64,000 nt of DNA from an uncultured Fibrobacterota bacterium (GTDB lineage: Bacteria > Fibrobacterota > Chitinivibrionia > Chitinivibrionales > WJKA01): contig CAZPUS010000003.1 of the NCBI GenBank assembly GCA_964589825.1, positions 64,275-128,274 of the forward strand. Direction: 5' to 3'. The position numbers were made by a program, and so were the translations under genes. Positions 1 through 9,953 of the stretch are shown in pieces. Under the pieces are notes generated by a model, which searched no databases, was not told the origin of the DNA, and saw nothing but the letters and a program-made list of their open reading frames with translations. Position 1 is the stretch's first letter, and every line of letters begins with the position of its first letter.

Positions 1-208
1 TTCCCACTCCGTCTACCGACGAGACAAGGACGGGATGACGATAGCTGCACAGCGGGGCGGCATCGAATACACCGCCGAATCCACCGAATGCTCCCAGCAC
101 GCGGGGATTAAAGCTTTCCGCCACATGCTGTGCCATTCCCTTCTTGACGTGCTCCCACCGGGCGACATCCACCCCGGCATCGGTGTATCGAAGCGATTTT
201 TTATTCAT
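1..208 (-). CDS. purM: Phosphoribosylformylglycinamidine cyclo-ligase (AIR synthetase), N-terminal fragment; the gene runs off the left edge
   Basis: Absent from the ORF track because there is no stop in the window. The reverse complement from the ATG at 208 reads MNKKSLRYTDAGVDVARWEHVKKGMAQHVAESFNPRVLGAFGGFGGVFDA...HPVLVSSVDGVG. This matches the conserved PurM N-terminus (Y.DAGVD, GGFGG, LVS..DGVG). Confidence 0.8.
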   Translation of the reverse strand, partial: MNKKSLRYTDAGVDVARWEHVKKGMAQHVAESFNPRVLGAFGGFGGVFDAAPLCSYRHPVLVSSVDGVG

Positions 209-230
209 AATATCCTGTGTCTTTCTGTTA

Positions 231-390
231 TCTGAATTGTACGGTAGTATTAATAAACGCTGCGGTGTACCGTGCTGCGCTTGTATGTACAAAATGTATC
301 GCACAGCCTTGGTGGTTGTCTCATTGCTTCGGAGAATATACACACAGTACGGATGTCAGCAGAATACGCCGGCAAATTAATTCAGTTAGG
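231..390 (+). repeat. Imperfect-palindrome intergenic element (~160 nt, MITE-like), copy 1
   Basis: The termini tctgaattg... and ...aattcagttagg are inverted. Internal blocks aaacgctgcggtgtaccgtgctgc, tggttgtctcat and cagcagaatacgcc align in order with the copies at 9819, 36672, 41045 and 56130. The left half approximates the reverse complement of the right half. Confidence 0.75.
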
Positions 391-471
391 ATAGTAGCAA
401 AAAAACGTATAGTTTGTAAAAAATAGATAATCTCGTACCCCGGTGCAAAGACGGAATTTATTTTTCGCTTT

Positions 472-1680
472 ATGTCACCTGTTACCAAAATCAAAGGCGG
501 TGTCACCACCGCCCGGGGATTCCGTGCACACGGGATATACTGCGGCATTAAACAGCGGCATGAACCCGATGTCGGTATTCTGATAAGCGACACCACATGC
601 GACGCTGCAGGAGTATTTACGCGAAACGAGTTCGGAGCCGCCTGCGTGCAGCGAAACCGCTCCCTTCTTCCCGGCCGCGGAATACGTGCACTCATCTGCA
701 ACTCGGGCAATGCCAATGCGTGCACCGGTACGCAGGGTGAAGCTGACAACCGGGAACTGGCCGAGTCGCTCGCAAAACATCTGAAATGTCGCAGCGACGA
801 GGTGTGTACCGCGTCCACCGGAGTAATCGGCCGTCCGCTTGCGGTAAGCCTTATCACGCGCGCTTTCGGGGAACTCGTTGAAAAAAGTAAAACCCGGCAG
901 GACGACTCGTTCTGTAAAGCGATTCTTACCACCGATACTACTACCAAGACACACGCAGTCACCGTCACCACCTCCCGCGGAAGCTATACCGTCGGAGGAT
1001 GCGCCAAAGGCTCGGGGATGATACATCCGGACATGGCGACCATGCTCGGCTTTATCACTACCGATGCCGGCATAGATCACACAAAACTCTCATCTGCACT
1101 GAAAAAAGCAGTCGATACAACGTTCAACACCATCACCGTGGACGGTGACACCTCCACCAACGATATGGTCCTTGCATTCGCCAACGGTAAAGCGGACATC
1201 ACGATTTCCACCAGATCGGATCTGGCTGTATTCGAACGCGCTCTTTTTACCGTATGTGACGCACTTGCCCGACAGATCGTAGCCGACGGGGAGGGAGCGA
1301 CCAAATTTCTCGAAATTCAGGTATGTGGCGCGGCTTCACAAAAACAGGCGCAACACGCGGCACGTACCGTTGCCTCGTCCACGCTTCTCAAATGTGCGGT
1401 TTACGGCAATGATCCCAACTGGGGACGTATCCTCTCCGCACTGGGAACCGCCGATGTACGTATCAACCATCGGACGCTGCGTATATGTATCTGCGACACA
1501 TGCGTATTCGAACACATGCAGCCGTGCGATTACGAAGAGGATCGGCTTCAGCAGCGCATGGCCGACAGCGCACACATAACGGTTTCGATCGCTCTGGGTG
1601 CGGGATCGGCGAAGGGCAGCGCCCTCACCTGCGACCTCTCACACGAATACGTGACCATCAATGCGGAGTATCATACCTAA
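472..1680 (+). CDS. argJ: Bifunctional glutamate N-acetyltransferase / amino-acid acetyltransferase (ornithine acetyltransferase)
   Basis: 402 aa. ArgJ signature, including the autoproteolytic site HPDMATMLGFITTDA and the C-terminal YVTINAEYHT. Confidence 0.92.
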   Translation: MSPVTKIKGGVTTARGFRAHGIYCGIKQRHEPDVGILISDTTCDAAGVFTRNEFGAACVQRNRSLLPGRGIRALICNSGNANACTGTQGEADNRELAESLAKHLKCRSDEVCTASTGVIGRPLAVSLITRAFGELVEKSKTRQDDSFCKAILTTDTTTKTHAVTVTTSRGSYTVGGCAKGSGMIHPDMATMLGFITTDAGIDHTKLSSALKKAVDTTFNTITVDGDTSTNDMVLAFANGKADITISTRSDLAVFERALFTVCDALARQIVADGEGATKFLEIQVCGAASQKQAQHAARTVASSTLLKCAVYGNDPNWGRILSALGTADVRINHRTLRICICDTCVFEHMQPCDYEEDRLQQRMADSAHITVSIALGAGSAKGSALTCDLSHEYVTINAEYHT

Positions 1681-1720
1681 CAAAATCGACACCCGTTCTG
1701 CCGGGCTGCGATGTGTACCA

Positions 1721-1758
1721 TAAAAAACACTCCGCTGCAGCGCGAAGCTGCAACGGAG
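1721..1758 (-). terminator. Rho-independent terminator downstream of the hsp20 cluster (minus strand)
   Basis: 12-bp stem ctccgctgcagc / gctgcaacggag (one mismatch) with loop gcgaa. An A-run at 1722-1727 on + gives a U-tract after the hairpin on the minus strand. Confidence 0.6.
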
Positions 1759-1801
1759 CGTATAGGGTAAAGAGGGTTTGGGGTCTTAATTACACAGTCG
1801 G

Positions 1802-2230
1802 TTACGCATTGATGGCGATTTTTTTGGGTTTTGCTTCCTCCCGTTTTGGAATATGAATCTTCAGTACCCCGTTATCGAGCGATGCATTGACCTTCTCTTT
1901 ATCGTATTCATCCGCAAGCTGAAATGAACGATAATAATCACCAACATTGAACTGGCGTACCGACGCTTCTTCTCTGGCTTCCTGGCTGCTCTTTCCGCTG
2001 ATCACCAGGGTATCGTTTTCGTTTACCTCGATACTTACGTCACCTTTTTTTACCCCCGGCATATCAGCGATAAGCAACAACTCGTCATCACTCGTATAGA
2101 TATCCACATCCGGAATATAGGCATTCTCTGTGTTTATCAGACTCTCGGCTCCCGAATGTTTCACTTCCCGTTTATCCTGCTTTTCGATATCTCTGGCCAT
2201 AATAACACCTCCTTTTTGTATTTCGCTCAT
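1802..2230 (-). CDS. Small heat-shock protein, Hsp20/alpha-crystallin family (paralogue 3 of 3)
   Basis: 142 aa. Alpha-crystallin domain motifs ADMPGVKKGDVSIEV and NGVLKIHIPKREE. Confidence 0.9.
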   Translation of the reverse strand: MSEIQKGGVIMARDIEKQDKREVKHSGAESLINTENAYIPDVDIYTSDDELLLIADMPGVKKGDVSIEVNENDTLVISGKSSQEAREEASVRQFNVGDYYRSFQLADEYDKEKVNASLDNGVLKIHIPKREEAKPKKIAINA

Positions 2231-2237
2231 CTATTCT

Positions 2238-2654
2238 TTATTCGACATCAACCTTTATCTGTTTGGGTTTGGCTTCCTCCGCTTTGGGCAGCGTGACGAT
2301 CAGCACACCGTTGCTGAATGATGCCTTTAGCGCATCCTGATTGACCCGATACGGAATCCGAAAACTCTTTTCGAAATCCCCTTCCGGTCTCTCTTCACGA
2401 ACCGCAGTATATTTGCTGCGATCCACGGCGCTTTTCCTCGTTCCCGAAAGGGTCAGCACCCCGTCACTGAAGGTAATATCAACCGCATCTTTCTCAACAC
2501 CCGGAAGTTCGGCATGCACCACAACATCGTCTTCTTCATCGTAGATGTTTACCAGTGGAAATGCGCGCCGTCCTCCTCCATACGTGGAAAAAAGTCTGTC
2601 GAGATCCTGCTGCATACGCTCCAGTCTCGCGAACGGATCCTGATACCATAACAT
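2238..2654 (-). CDS. Small heat-shock protein, Hsp20/alpha-crystallin family (paralogue 2 of 3)
   Basis: 138 aa. Motifs AELPGVEKDAVDITF and NGVLIVTLPKAEE. The gap to the next hsp20 is 7 nt. Confidence 0.9.
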   Translation of the reverse strand: MLWYQDPFARLERMQQDLDRLFSTYGGGRRAFPLVNIYDEEDDVVVHAELPGVEKDAVDITFSDGVLTLSGTRKSAVDRSKYTAVREERPEGDFEKSFRIPYRVNQDALKASFSNGVLIVTLPKAEEAKPKQIKVDVE

Positions 2655-2684
2655 AATTACCTCCTTTTTTAATGTACTTTTTTG

Positions 2685-3182
2685 TTATTCAACAGCTACA
2701 TCTATTTTTTTCTGTTTTTTCTCTTCTTCTGTTTTGGGCAGTGTTACAGAAAGTACGCCGTTTCTGTAATGTGCTTTCGCAGCATCCCATTTGACGTTTT
2801 CACCCACCGGGATGGTTCTGCAAAAACTGCCGTAACGACACTCTCGTCTGCGCCATCCTTTTTTCTCCTCTTTCTGTTCGTCGCGTTTTTCACCGCGTAT
2901 GGTCAGAAAGCCGTTCTGATACGTGATATCCAGATCGTCTTTTTTCAGCCCCGGTATTTCGGAACGAACATATACATTTTTCTTGTCTTCATTCACATCG
3001 ACCGTAGGCTGCAGCATTACCTCTTCTTCATCTCCCCACGGCTCACTCAATGCGGTAAACGGATTCTCGAAAAAACGATCGAACCACTCATCCGCACCAC
3101 GACGCTGCACTCCCCGTTCTCCTTTTTTCCATGGTATTATACCTCGCATACTTACCTCCTGGTTAAGGTTTATAAGGTTCAT
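2685..3182 (-). CDS. Small heat-shock protein, Hsp20/alpha-crystallin family (paralogue 1 of 3)
   Basis: 165 aa. Motifs SEIPGLKKDDLDITY and NGVLSVTLPKTEE. Confidence 0.9.
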   Translation of the reverse strand: MNLINLNQEVSMRGIIPWKKGERGVQRRGADEWFDRFFENPFTALSEPWGDEEEVMLQPTVDVNEDKKNVYVRSEIPGLKKDDLDITYQNGFLTIRGEKRDEQKEEKKGWRRRECRYGSFCRTIPVGENVKWDAAKAHYRNGVLSVTLPKTEEEKKQKKIDVAVE

Positions 3183-3369
3183 CTTTTTCTCATTTATTTC
3201 ACCTGTTATTTATGCAAGTTATGTGCCAATCGCTTATACCCGGACGAAAAAAGCGTCCCCTCTACCCCCTCCGCATTATATCTCTTTACACAGCCTGAAG
3301 TTATACACTCCCGAGCACACGCCGCACGAGGACATCGCCTATCCGGTTTCACATCAAGGAATTACGGTT

Positions 3370-3428
3370 GTTTCAACATGAAACATGCATTCGCATAATT
3401 GAACATGTTTTTTTCATTATTGAAAAAA
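3370..3428. promoter_or_regulatory. Cluster of TGAAA/TTTCA-type inverted repeats upstream of the hsp20 operon (possible operator)
   Basis: GTTTCAacaTGAAAC (3370-3384), the palindrome AACATGTT (3402-3409) and TTTTTTCAttatTGAAAAAA (3409-3428). They lie between the kinase stop (3567) and the hsp20 start (3182). Confidence 0.3.
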
Positions 3429-3566
3429 CAGTGCATCACAATACCCGCCAATGAAACTTTTTACCATTCGTGGTACACCATTGCTCCCATGACTGCCGCC
3501 GTGTATTAATATACCCTTACCCCTCTGGATACCCCCTGTCGTGAGTCGAATACCGCCACACCATCT

Positions 3567-6449
3567 TTATGCCTGAAATTCATTCAGCGCCTTTACCACA
3601 ATTTCTTTGCACTTAAGCCATTCACGGTTAAGTCTCTCCGAACAGATGCGTGCCTGCACCATATTACCGGCTTTCCCCGCTGTTTCTATTTGCATCGCAT
3701 CGCAACGCATGGATTCCAGACCTGCAGTTGCGCACGCCCCCTTAATCGTATGTCCCGCACGGGCTACGGCATCGGGATCATTACTCGCGACAGCCTCTTG
3801 CAGAAATTGTAATTTAGTCGGCATATCATCGAGGAATGCGCGCAGGGTCACAGCCGCTATCTCGCGATCTCCGTCAAATCGCTGCAGCAGTCCTTCCCGG
3901 TCAAAAGGCATTCCGGTCTCGTTTTCAGCATTGTGCTGCACCTCATCACCAAACGATCCGGCCTGTGGCTGCGCATCCTGAGATGCGCCACGGCCTGATG
4001 CGCCGGCATCGAAATCACATACCCATTTCGCCAGCAATGATTCGATCTGACAGGTACGAAACGGCTTGGTAATATACTCATCCATTCCCGCCGCAGTACA
4101 CTTATCCCGGTCACCCTGCAATGCATACGCGGTAAGTGCTACAATCGGTATGCGCCTGCTCCCGGAGCGTTCTTCAGCAGCCCGCACTCGACGAGCGGCT
4201 TCGAACCCATCCATTTCGGGCATCTGACAATCCATAAAGATACAATCGTAGGCGTGTTCTTTACACATGCGCAATACCTGCACGCCGTTATGAGCAATTT
4301 CGATGCCGATGTTGTCGTAGCGCTGCAGCATCGATATAAACACTTTCTGATTTGTGGCATCGTCCTCAGCCAGCAGAATACGTCGGGGGCCGCATTCGGA
4401 AAGAATCCGCCGCAGTGTATACCCGGTGCCCTCGTCCATAGAGGTCGTATCATGGCTGATATTACCGGCAATTGTAAGTGCATTATATAACTGACGACGG
4501 AAAATGGGCACGGTAATAACCTGCACACGTTCCAATGCACAGTTACGCGTCTCTTCCCCGGATGAATTCGCTGAGTCGAGGATAATTACCGACGAAGGGT
4601 TATTTGTACAGTATCGCTGCATATATTCGGGCAGTTCTCTACATAGGTGCGCCCAGGCACCAGGATCAACGACCATTGCATCAAAAGCCCCGCCACCACC
4701 CGACTGCTCACGAACAATTTTGTCTATTCGGGCGGGATTCTCAAGGGTGTACACCCCACATCCCCATGCGTTGCACAACGCGCTCACATACATTCTGTTC
4801 ATCTCATGTTTGAGGGCAACGAGTACCGAAAGCCCATCCGCCAGATCTGCTGTTGCGTCTTCGGATTGGGGCGAATGCGCACAGGTGGCAAGCCGGATAC
4901 GACAGGTAAACACAGAGCCTTTCCCTTTTACGCTCTCGACCGAAATATCGCCTCCCATTTGCTCACACAGTTTTTTTGTAATCGAAAGCCCCAATCCCGT
5001 CCCCCCATATTTTTTACGCATCGACGTCTCGAGCTGGCTGAACGAATCGAATATGTGTTCCTTTTCTGATTCCGGAATACCTACCCCGGTATCCGACACG
5101 CTGATACGTAATGTCAGCTCTTGTGAGATTTCATGCTGTTTCATAACGCAGACACCGATTTCACCCTGTTGCGTATATTTAACGGCATTACCCAGCACAT
5201 TGATCACAATCTGTCTGCATCGCTGAGAATCCCCTTTAAGCCATTCGGGTATTGCCGGATCCATATACAGGATCAGCTCGATATCTCTGCCGTGGATCCG
5301 TGGCAGACACATACGCACTGCATCTTCAATGCACTCATACAACACAAACGGCTTTTCTTTGAGTTCGAACTTTCCTGCCTCGATTTTGGACACGTCAAGA
5401 ATATCATTAATAATTTCAAGCAGGTGATCCCCGCTGTACTTGACCGTCTCCGCATACTGACGCTGTCCGGGATCGAGCTCCGAAGCCAGCAACAACTCGG
5501 TCATGCCCAGAATCCCGTTCATGGGAGTTCGTATCTCATGACTCATGTTTGCCAGAAAGATACTTTTGGCGGTATTGGCAGCCTGTGCCTGCTGTGCCAT
5601 ACGGTTTATTCTTGCATTCTGCTGCTGCAGATAGCGATTGAGTACCTCGGTTTCCGCAAGACTCGTTTTCAGCTGCTTCTCGACTTTCCGCTGTCCGGTA
5701 ATATCGATCATAGTGGTAAGAATCAGTGTCTCATTCTCTTGTTGCATAAATTCGGCATACAGTACTCCGGTACGCAACGTACCATCCCTGCTTCGCACCT
5801 TCATAACGAGGTCACGTATATATCCCGTACGTTGCAATTCATCGAATGCCTGTTTTTCGCCCGTTTGATCGTCGAATAAACCCAGTTCGAGGGATGTTTT
5901 CCCGACAACTTCTTTTTCATCATAGCCCAGAACTTTTTCAAAGGCCCGGTTAACCGTTACGATACATTGTGAATCCGCAGTAGAAAGAACGGTCGGTGAC
6001 GGATAAAAATCGAATACTTTGCGGAATTTCTCGAGTTCAGCCCGGCTGTGTGTAAGATCCTTCGAATAGCCGAATATCGCTTTCTCTCCATTCCAGGTAC
6101 CAGGCCACACCCTTGTCTCCATGGGAATAACGCGCCCGTCTTTTGCAGTCATAGGAAGAGAAAAATCATTACATTCCTCATTAAGTACCGATGACATAAC
6201 CTCAGAAGCCCGTACTCTCTCTCCTTCACCATACAAAGCACATATATTCATACCTGCAAGCTGTTCAACGGGATACCCCAGTGTGCGGGTGAACGCGGGA
6301 TTGGCAAAAAGAATCGTCCCTTCACACGAGCATACCGCCACAAGATCGTCTATGGTTTCAAACAATACACGGAAATTATCGTCATTTTGTGACATGGCAT
6401 AGATCGCGTATTTACGCGCTATGCAATTATGCAAAAAACGCGTATACAC
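3567..6449 (-). CDS. Hybrid sensor histidine kinase (PAS x3, HisKA, HATPase_c, receiver, Hpt)
   Basis: 960 aa. H-box FLANMSHEIRTPMNGILGMTELL, G2 box GGTGLGLSITKKLCEQMGG, receiver RILLAEDDATNQ...CIFMDCQMPEMDG...ITKPF and Hpt HTIKGACATAG. An alternative start is M19 (ATG at 6395). Confidence 0.9.
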   Translation of the reverse strand: MYTRFLHNCIARKYAIYAMSQNDDNFRVLFETIDDLVAVCSCEGTILFANPAFTRTLGYPVEQLAGMNICALYGEGERVRASEVMSSVLNEECNDFSLPMTAKDGRVIPMETRVWPGTWNGEKAIFGYSKDLTHSRAELEKFRKVFDFYPSPTVLSTADSQCIVTVNRAFEKVLGYDEKEVVGKTSLELGLFDDQTGEKQAFDELQRTGYIRDLVMKVRSRDGTLRTGVLYAEFMQQENETLILTTMIDITGQRKVEKQLKTSLAETEVLNRYLQQQNARINRMAQQAQAANTAKSIFLANMSHEIRTPMNGILGMTELLLASELDPGQRQYAETVKYSGDHLLEIINDILDVSKIEAGKFELKEKPFVLYECIEDAVRMCLPRIHGRDIELILYMDPAIPEWLKGDSQRCRQIVINVLGNAVKYTQQGEIGVCVMKQHEISQELTLRISVSDTGVGIPESEKEHIFDSFSQLETSMRKKYGGTGLGLSITKKLCEQMGGDISVESVKGKGSVFTCRIRLATCAHSPQSEDATADLADGLSVLVALKHEMNRMYVSALCNAWGCGVYTLENPARIDKIVREQSGGGGAFDAMVVDPGAWAHLCRELPEYMQRYCTNNPSSVIILDSANSSGEETRNCALERVQVITVPIFRRQLYNALTIAGNISHDTTSMDEGTGYTLRRILSECGPRRILLAEDDATNQKVFISMLQRYDNIGIEIAHNGVQVLRMCKEHAYDCIFMDCQMPEMDGFEAARRVRAAEERSGSRRIPIVALTAYALQGDRDKCTAAGMDEYITKPFRTCQIESLLAKWVCDFDAGASGRGASQDAQPQAGSFGDEVQHNAENETGMPFDREGLLQRFDGDREIAAVTLRAFLDDMPTKLQFLQEAVASNDPDAVARAGHTIKGACATAGLESMRCDAMQIETAGKAGNMVQARICSERLNREWLKCKEIVVKALNEFQA

Positions 6450-6470
6450 ATGGTGCTCGATATGCGATGA

Positions 6471-8225
6471 TTATTTATGGGCTGTTACCAGTTTTTCGGT
6501 AATAATCCGCTCCAGCGAACGCGTATCATATACCTGGGACAGCACCGTGCAGTTGGAGGCCGCCTCCCCGCCCAATTGCTCTTTTTGGGATGCAGACATA
6601 AACGCGAATACCGGAAGCTTTCCGTCTCCGTTGGAGCCGACCGCATCGTTGGGCCGTGCGGAAAGCGCCGTAAATGCTGCGATGGCCTCTTTTGCCGCAT
6701 CGCCACCGGGCCAGAGAATAATACCGTCGAGCGTTTTATCAAGGCTTTTCGTTTCGCTGGTAGCAAAAATGTTTTGATACTGAACCTGTTCCTTGTCAAG
6801 AAAAAACCGTGGCCCCACAAACAAATCCCCGGCAAGATTGACAAAACCCAACTGCATCTGCTCACTGATGCTGTCATCAAGTTCTCTCTGAGGGAATACA
6901 CGCTCTTCGAGCCCGAGAAATTTGCGATACATCCCCACTTCATTGTATACATCATCCAGAAACTGTGGGGGTATCCCGTTCTTTCGCCGAATCGCGGAAA
7001 GAAGATGATTCGGCGTCTCTGTAATGATTTGATCACATTCCGCGCCGATACAACTGCTTTTTGCAAGCAGATCGCTGACATAGACGCAGACTTTCATTAA
7101 ATTACCCGGTGATTTCGCTTCTTCCTCGGATAATGACGGGGCATCGTATTTTTCAGTCACGCCCTGCAGAATTTTTTCGGGAAATTTCCATTTATCGAAC
7201 ACATCGGCCATTACCTGATCATGTGTAACCCGCAGGTATTGCTCCTCGGCATCGATAAACCGCATGCTTTTCTGCGTTGCATCGGTATATACTTTGGAAA
7301 AAATGGACGGGAAGAACTCATCCATAACGATTATGCCGAAATCATGCAGCAAACCCGCCAGAAACGCCTCTTCGGAAGAGAGTTGTTCGGAATGAGCCGC
7401 AAGCTTTTCCGCGATAATTCCGCTTGCAAGGCAATGATACCAGAAGTCGACACGGTCAAAGCCCAGATTGCGGCTCTCCTGATTTACCAGTTTCATGACC
7501 GACATGGCGGTCACGATGCGCTTTGTTTCCCTGAAACCGATCCTTACAACCGCATCCCGCAAGGAATTGATACGCTGATTGCGCCCCGCGAAAAAAACCG
7601 TATTTGATACTTTAAGCAAATCGGCCGATATTACCGGATCCGCCTGAATCACCTTGGCAAGGTCCTTGGCTCCTGCATCCTGATCCTCTGCAAGCTTCAT
7701 TACCCGGGCCACGGTAAACGGAAACGCAAGCAGGTTAGAGATATACCCGCTCATAATATCGATTTTGCGGGTCGCCGACGTGTCGGATGCCACGAGAAGT
7801 TCCATATCCCGTTCCTTATCCGACTTCTGTGACTCCTTTGCAAGCTGCAACTCTTTATTGTTATCTTTGGCTACTTTGCTTATACGGGTAAGCATTTTGC
7901 TGAACTTAAGCGGACGCGTATAGTAATGATTGACCCCGTCCTTTTTAATGCCGTTAAGTATGCCGCTATCCCGCTGCCACCCGTATCCCCAGATTGGAAG
8001 TGCTTTGGTATCTTTATTTTTTCTGAGCAATTTTACCAAATGAAGCTGGTCCTGACATCGGGAGGGAAGTTCTATGAGAAGGATATCCGGTTTGTACTGG
8101 CGGATGGAATTATAGGCATTGTAGGAAGGATCGGAGGTTATCACGTTTACCTGTCGCTGTTTGAGCGCCATATTGAGTATCTGGCGCTCCTTTTCGTTAT
8201 TGATAATCAACATCATGGTAAACAT
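6471..8225 (-). CDS. Pseudo-receiver + HDOD domain signalling protein
   Basis: 584 aa. The N-terminal REC-like fold lacks the acidic pocket (IINNEKE) and has Glu at the phospho-acceptor position (DILLIELP). The central HDOD domain reads FTVARVMKLAEDQDAGAKDLAKVIQADPVISADLLKVSN...GLLHDFG. Confidence 0.8.
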   Translation of the reverse strand: MFTMMLIINNEKERQILNMALKQRQVNVITSDPSYNAYNSIRQYKPDILLIELPSRCQDQLHLVKLLRKNKDTKALPIWGYGWQRDSGILNGIKKDGVNHYYTRPLKFSKMLTRISKVAKDNNKELQLAKESQKSDKERDMELLVASDTSATRKIDIMSGYISNLLAFPFTVARVMKLAEDQDAGAKDLAKVIQADPVISADLLKVSNTVFFAGRNQRINSLRDAVVRIGFRETKRIVTAMSVMKLVNQESRNLGFDRVDFWYHCLASGIIAEKLAAHSEQLSSEEAFLAGLLHDFGIIVMDEFFPSIFSKVYTDATQKSMRFIDAEEQYLRVTHDQVMADVFDKWKFPEKILQGVTEKYDAPSLSEEEAKSPGNLMKVCVYVSDLLAKSSCIGAECDQIITETPNHLLSAIRRKNGIPPQFLDDVYNEVGMYRKFLGLEERVFPQRELDDSISEQMQLGFVNLAGDLFVGPRFFLDKEQVQYQNIFATSETKSLDKTLDGIILWPGGDAAKEAIAAFTALSARPNDAVGSNGDGKLPVFAFMSASQKEQLGGEAASNCTVLSQVYDTRSLERIITEKLVTAHK

Positions 8226-8650
8226 ATTTACAGCCTTATCATACAGACGAATTTATATTTTTACACTCGCAACGACCAATGAGCGTTCGACAGAAAATAC
8301 CATTCGTTACTATGTGCTGCAGACTCAGAATGCCCTCTTCGGAGAACCACCCGCATACCATTGCGGTATCTACGTGCATGGCCCCCTCAAAACACCTGGA
8401 TTTTTGTTGGATACAACTACGCGTGCGAATGCGTACGGCGGATATCTTCACAGGATCGGACACGAAAAACTTCTCACAGCTCTCTTGCAGACGACATTTT
8501 TATATATCTCGGGATTGTTCAGTGACATTGTTTTATTTATTGCACTAACCACTACATTATAATCGTCTCTCCGCCTGTAATAACACATTGCGTCATCCGG
8601 CTGTGCAGACGCGTTTCTTAGCAAACTGCATAAAAAAATCGGCGGTACAA

Positions 8651-9007
8651 TTATATGCCGAGTTTTTCTTTGAGCGCATCAGGCTGAAATGGTTTTACCA
8701 GATAATTGTTCGCTCCCGCTTTCATCGCCTCCACCACCCGGGTCTTCTCCGACTCCGACGTACACATAATAATCTTGACATCTTTGTACGTAGCATCCTC
8801 TCGTACGGTTTTCAAAAATGTCAGCCCGTCCATCACTGGCATATTCCAATCCAGAAGAACTACATCGACCGGCATATTCTGCTTTAATGCGCCCAGCGCC
8901 TCATCACCGTTTGATGCTTCGATGATTTCACTGATTCCAAGGTTTGACAGCTGGTTTTTCTGTATACGCCGCATTGTATTGGAATCATCCACGAGTAACA
9001 CTTTCAT
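8651..9007 (-). CDS. cheY: CheY-like single-domain response regulator
   Basis: 118 aa. KVLLVDDS, VLLDWNMPVMDG, TSE and YLVKPF give a complete receiver active site. Confidence 0.9.
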   Translation of the reverse strand: MKVLLVDDSNTMRRIQKNQLSNLGISEIIEASNGDEALGALKQNMPVDVVLLDWNMPVMDGLTFLKTVREDATYKDVKIIMCTSESEKTRVVEAMKAGANNYLVKPFQPDALKEKLGI

Positions 9008-9086
9008 TGCCGTTCCTCCTTAATATGGTAACTATCGATTTCTCATAAAAAACTGACAGATTTATTAAAAAATATAGGATGATCGG

Positions 9087-9545
9087 TTATTTTGTTTTCA
9101 GTGACACCTCCATGGCAAATTCTCCCACGTTACCCTGAATCGGGACAATTATCGTGGGAGTGCCGCTCGGTGCGGTTATGGAGTGGCTCTTTCCCACTAT
9201 TACATTTGGCAGGGAAATGGTCAGTTTGTATTGACTCAACTCTTTTTTTGCATTGCCCGCGATAATATTGGCGATTTCTCCGATTGCATCGGTGACATCC
9301 GCATCAATAGTCTTTATACTCGTGCCCAGCATGGCTGAAACGACTTTGAGCGCGATCGTTTTGGGGAAACTTATCGCAATAGACCCCTGTGCTTCGCCTG
9401 ACAATCCTATAACCCCCGATACGTCATAGGTCGGCTCCTTGTCCTTTTTAATAGCCGGTTTTCCCGGTTTCACCTCCATCTGAATCATGGTCTGGAATGT
9501 TTCGAGGGTAGCTCTGATAAAGGGGTTCACATATGAGACATCCAT
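9087..9545 (-). CDS. cheX: CheX-type CheY-P phosphatase (CheC/CheX/FliY family)
   Basis: 152 aa. ALKVVSAMLG and AIGEIANIIAGNAK match the Thermotoga/spirochaete CheX blocks. Confidence 0.85.
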   Translation of the reverse strand: MDVSYVNPFIRATLETFQTMIQMEVKPGKPAIKKDKEPTYDVSGVIGLSGEAQGSIAISFPKTIALKVVSAMLGTSIKTIDADVTDAIGEIANIIAGNAKKELSQYKLTISLPNVIVGKSHSITAPSGTPTIIVPIQGNVGEFAMEVSLKTK

Positions 9546-9818
9546 AGGGGGGCTCCTTTAAAGCGTAGTAAGACAAATTATTATTTCTCCACACAGCGGA
9601 ATGCATAATCGGCTCCAACACCCGCCAGCGGGGCAGGATACTACCTTATTATAGCGCCCTTGCAGTGAATTGTCAATTTTTTTTCTCTTTACACGCTGAT
9701 GTGATTGAACCGAAATGCGCCAACGCGGCCATTTCATGATATTTTATCCACCTATACAATGACACCTTACTTCCGGGCGCTCATGAAAGATATAATCGGG
9801 CTATACCGTTACTCAATG

Positions 9819-9953
9819 CCCGAACCACACGTGTATTGCATAACGCTGCATTACACCGTGCGGCTGTTGGTACTGTATGTTTTTTTGCTGACCTTAGCCC
9901 GAAGCACTACTTCCGTAACGCAGGCACGTGCCACGAGAACCATGGTGTTTTCG
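9819..9953 (+). repeat. Imperfect-palindrome intergenic element, shorter copy (central deletion)
   Basis: The left arm gtgtattgcataacgctgcattacaccgtgcggctg aligns closely with the 231 copy (gtagtattaataaacgctgcggtgtaccgtgctgcg). The right arm is weaker. It lies in the 667-nt cheX/lepA divergent spacer. Confidence 0.5.

Noticed and set aside
321-1080. Two 200-216-aa minus-strand ORFs overlapping argJ
   Set aside because: They are antisense to a clear ArgJ with its autoprocessing site. Shadow ORFs.
2682-3398. 238-aa + strand ORF rich in F/L/S
   Set aside because: It is antisense to the third hsp20 gene and runs into AT-rich promoter DNA. The low-complexity translation is typical of the reverse strand of a K/E-rich gene.
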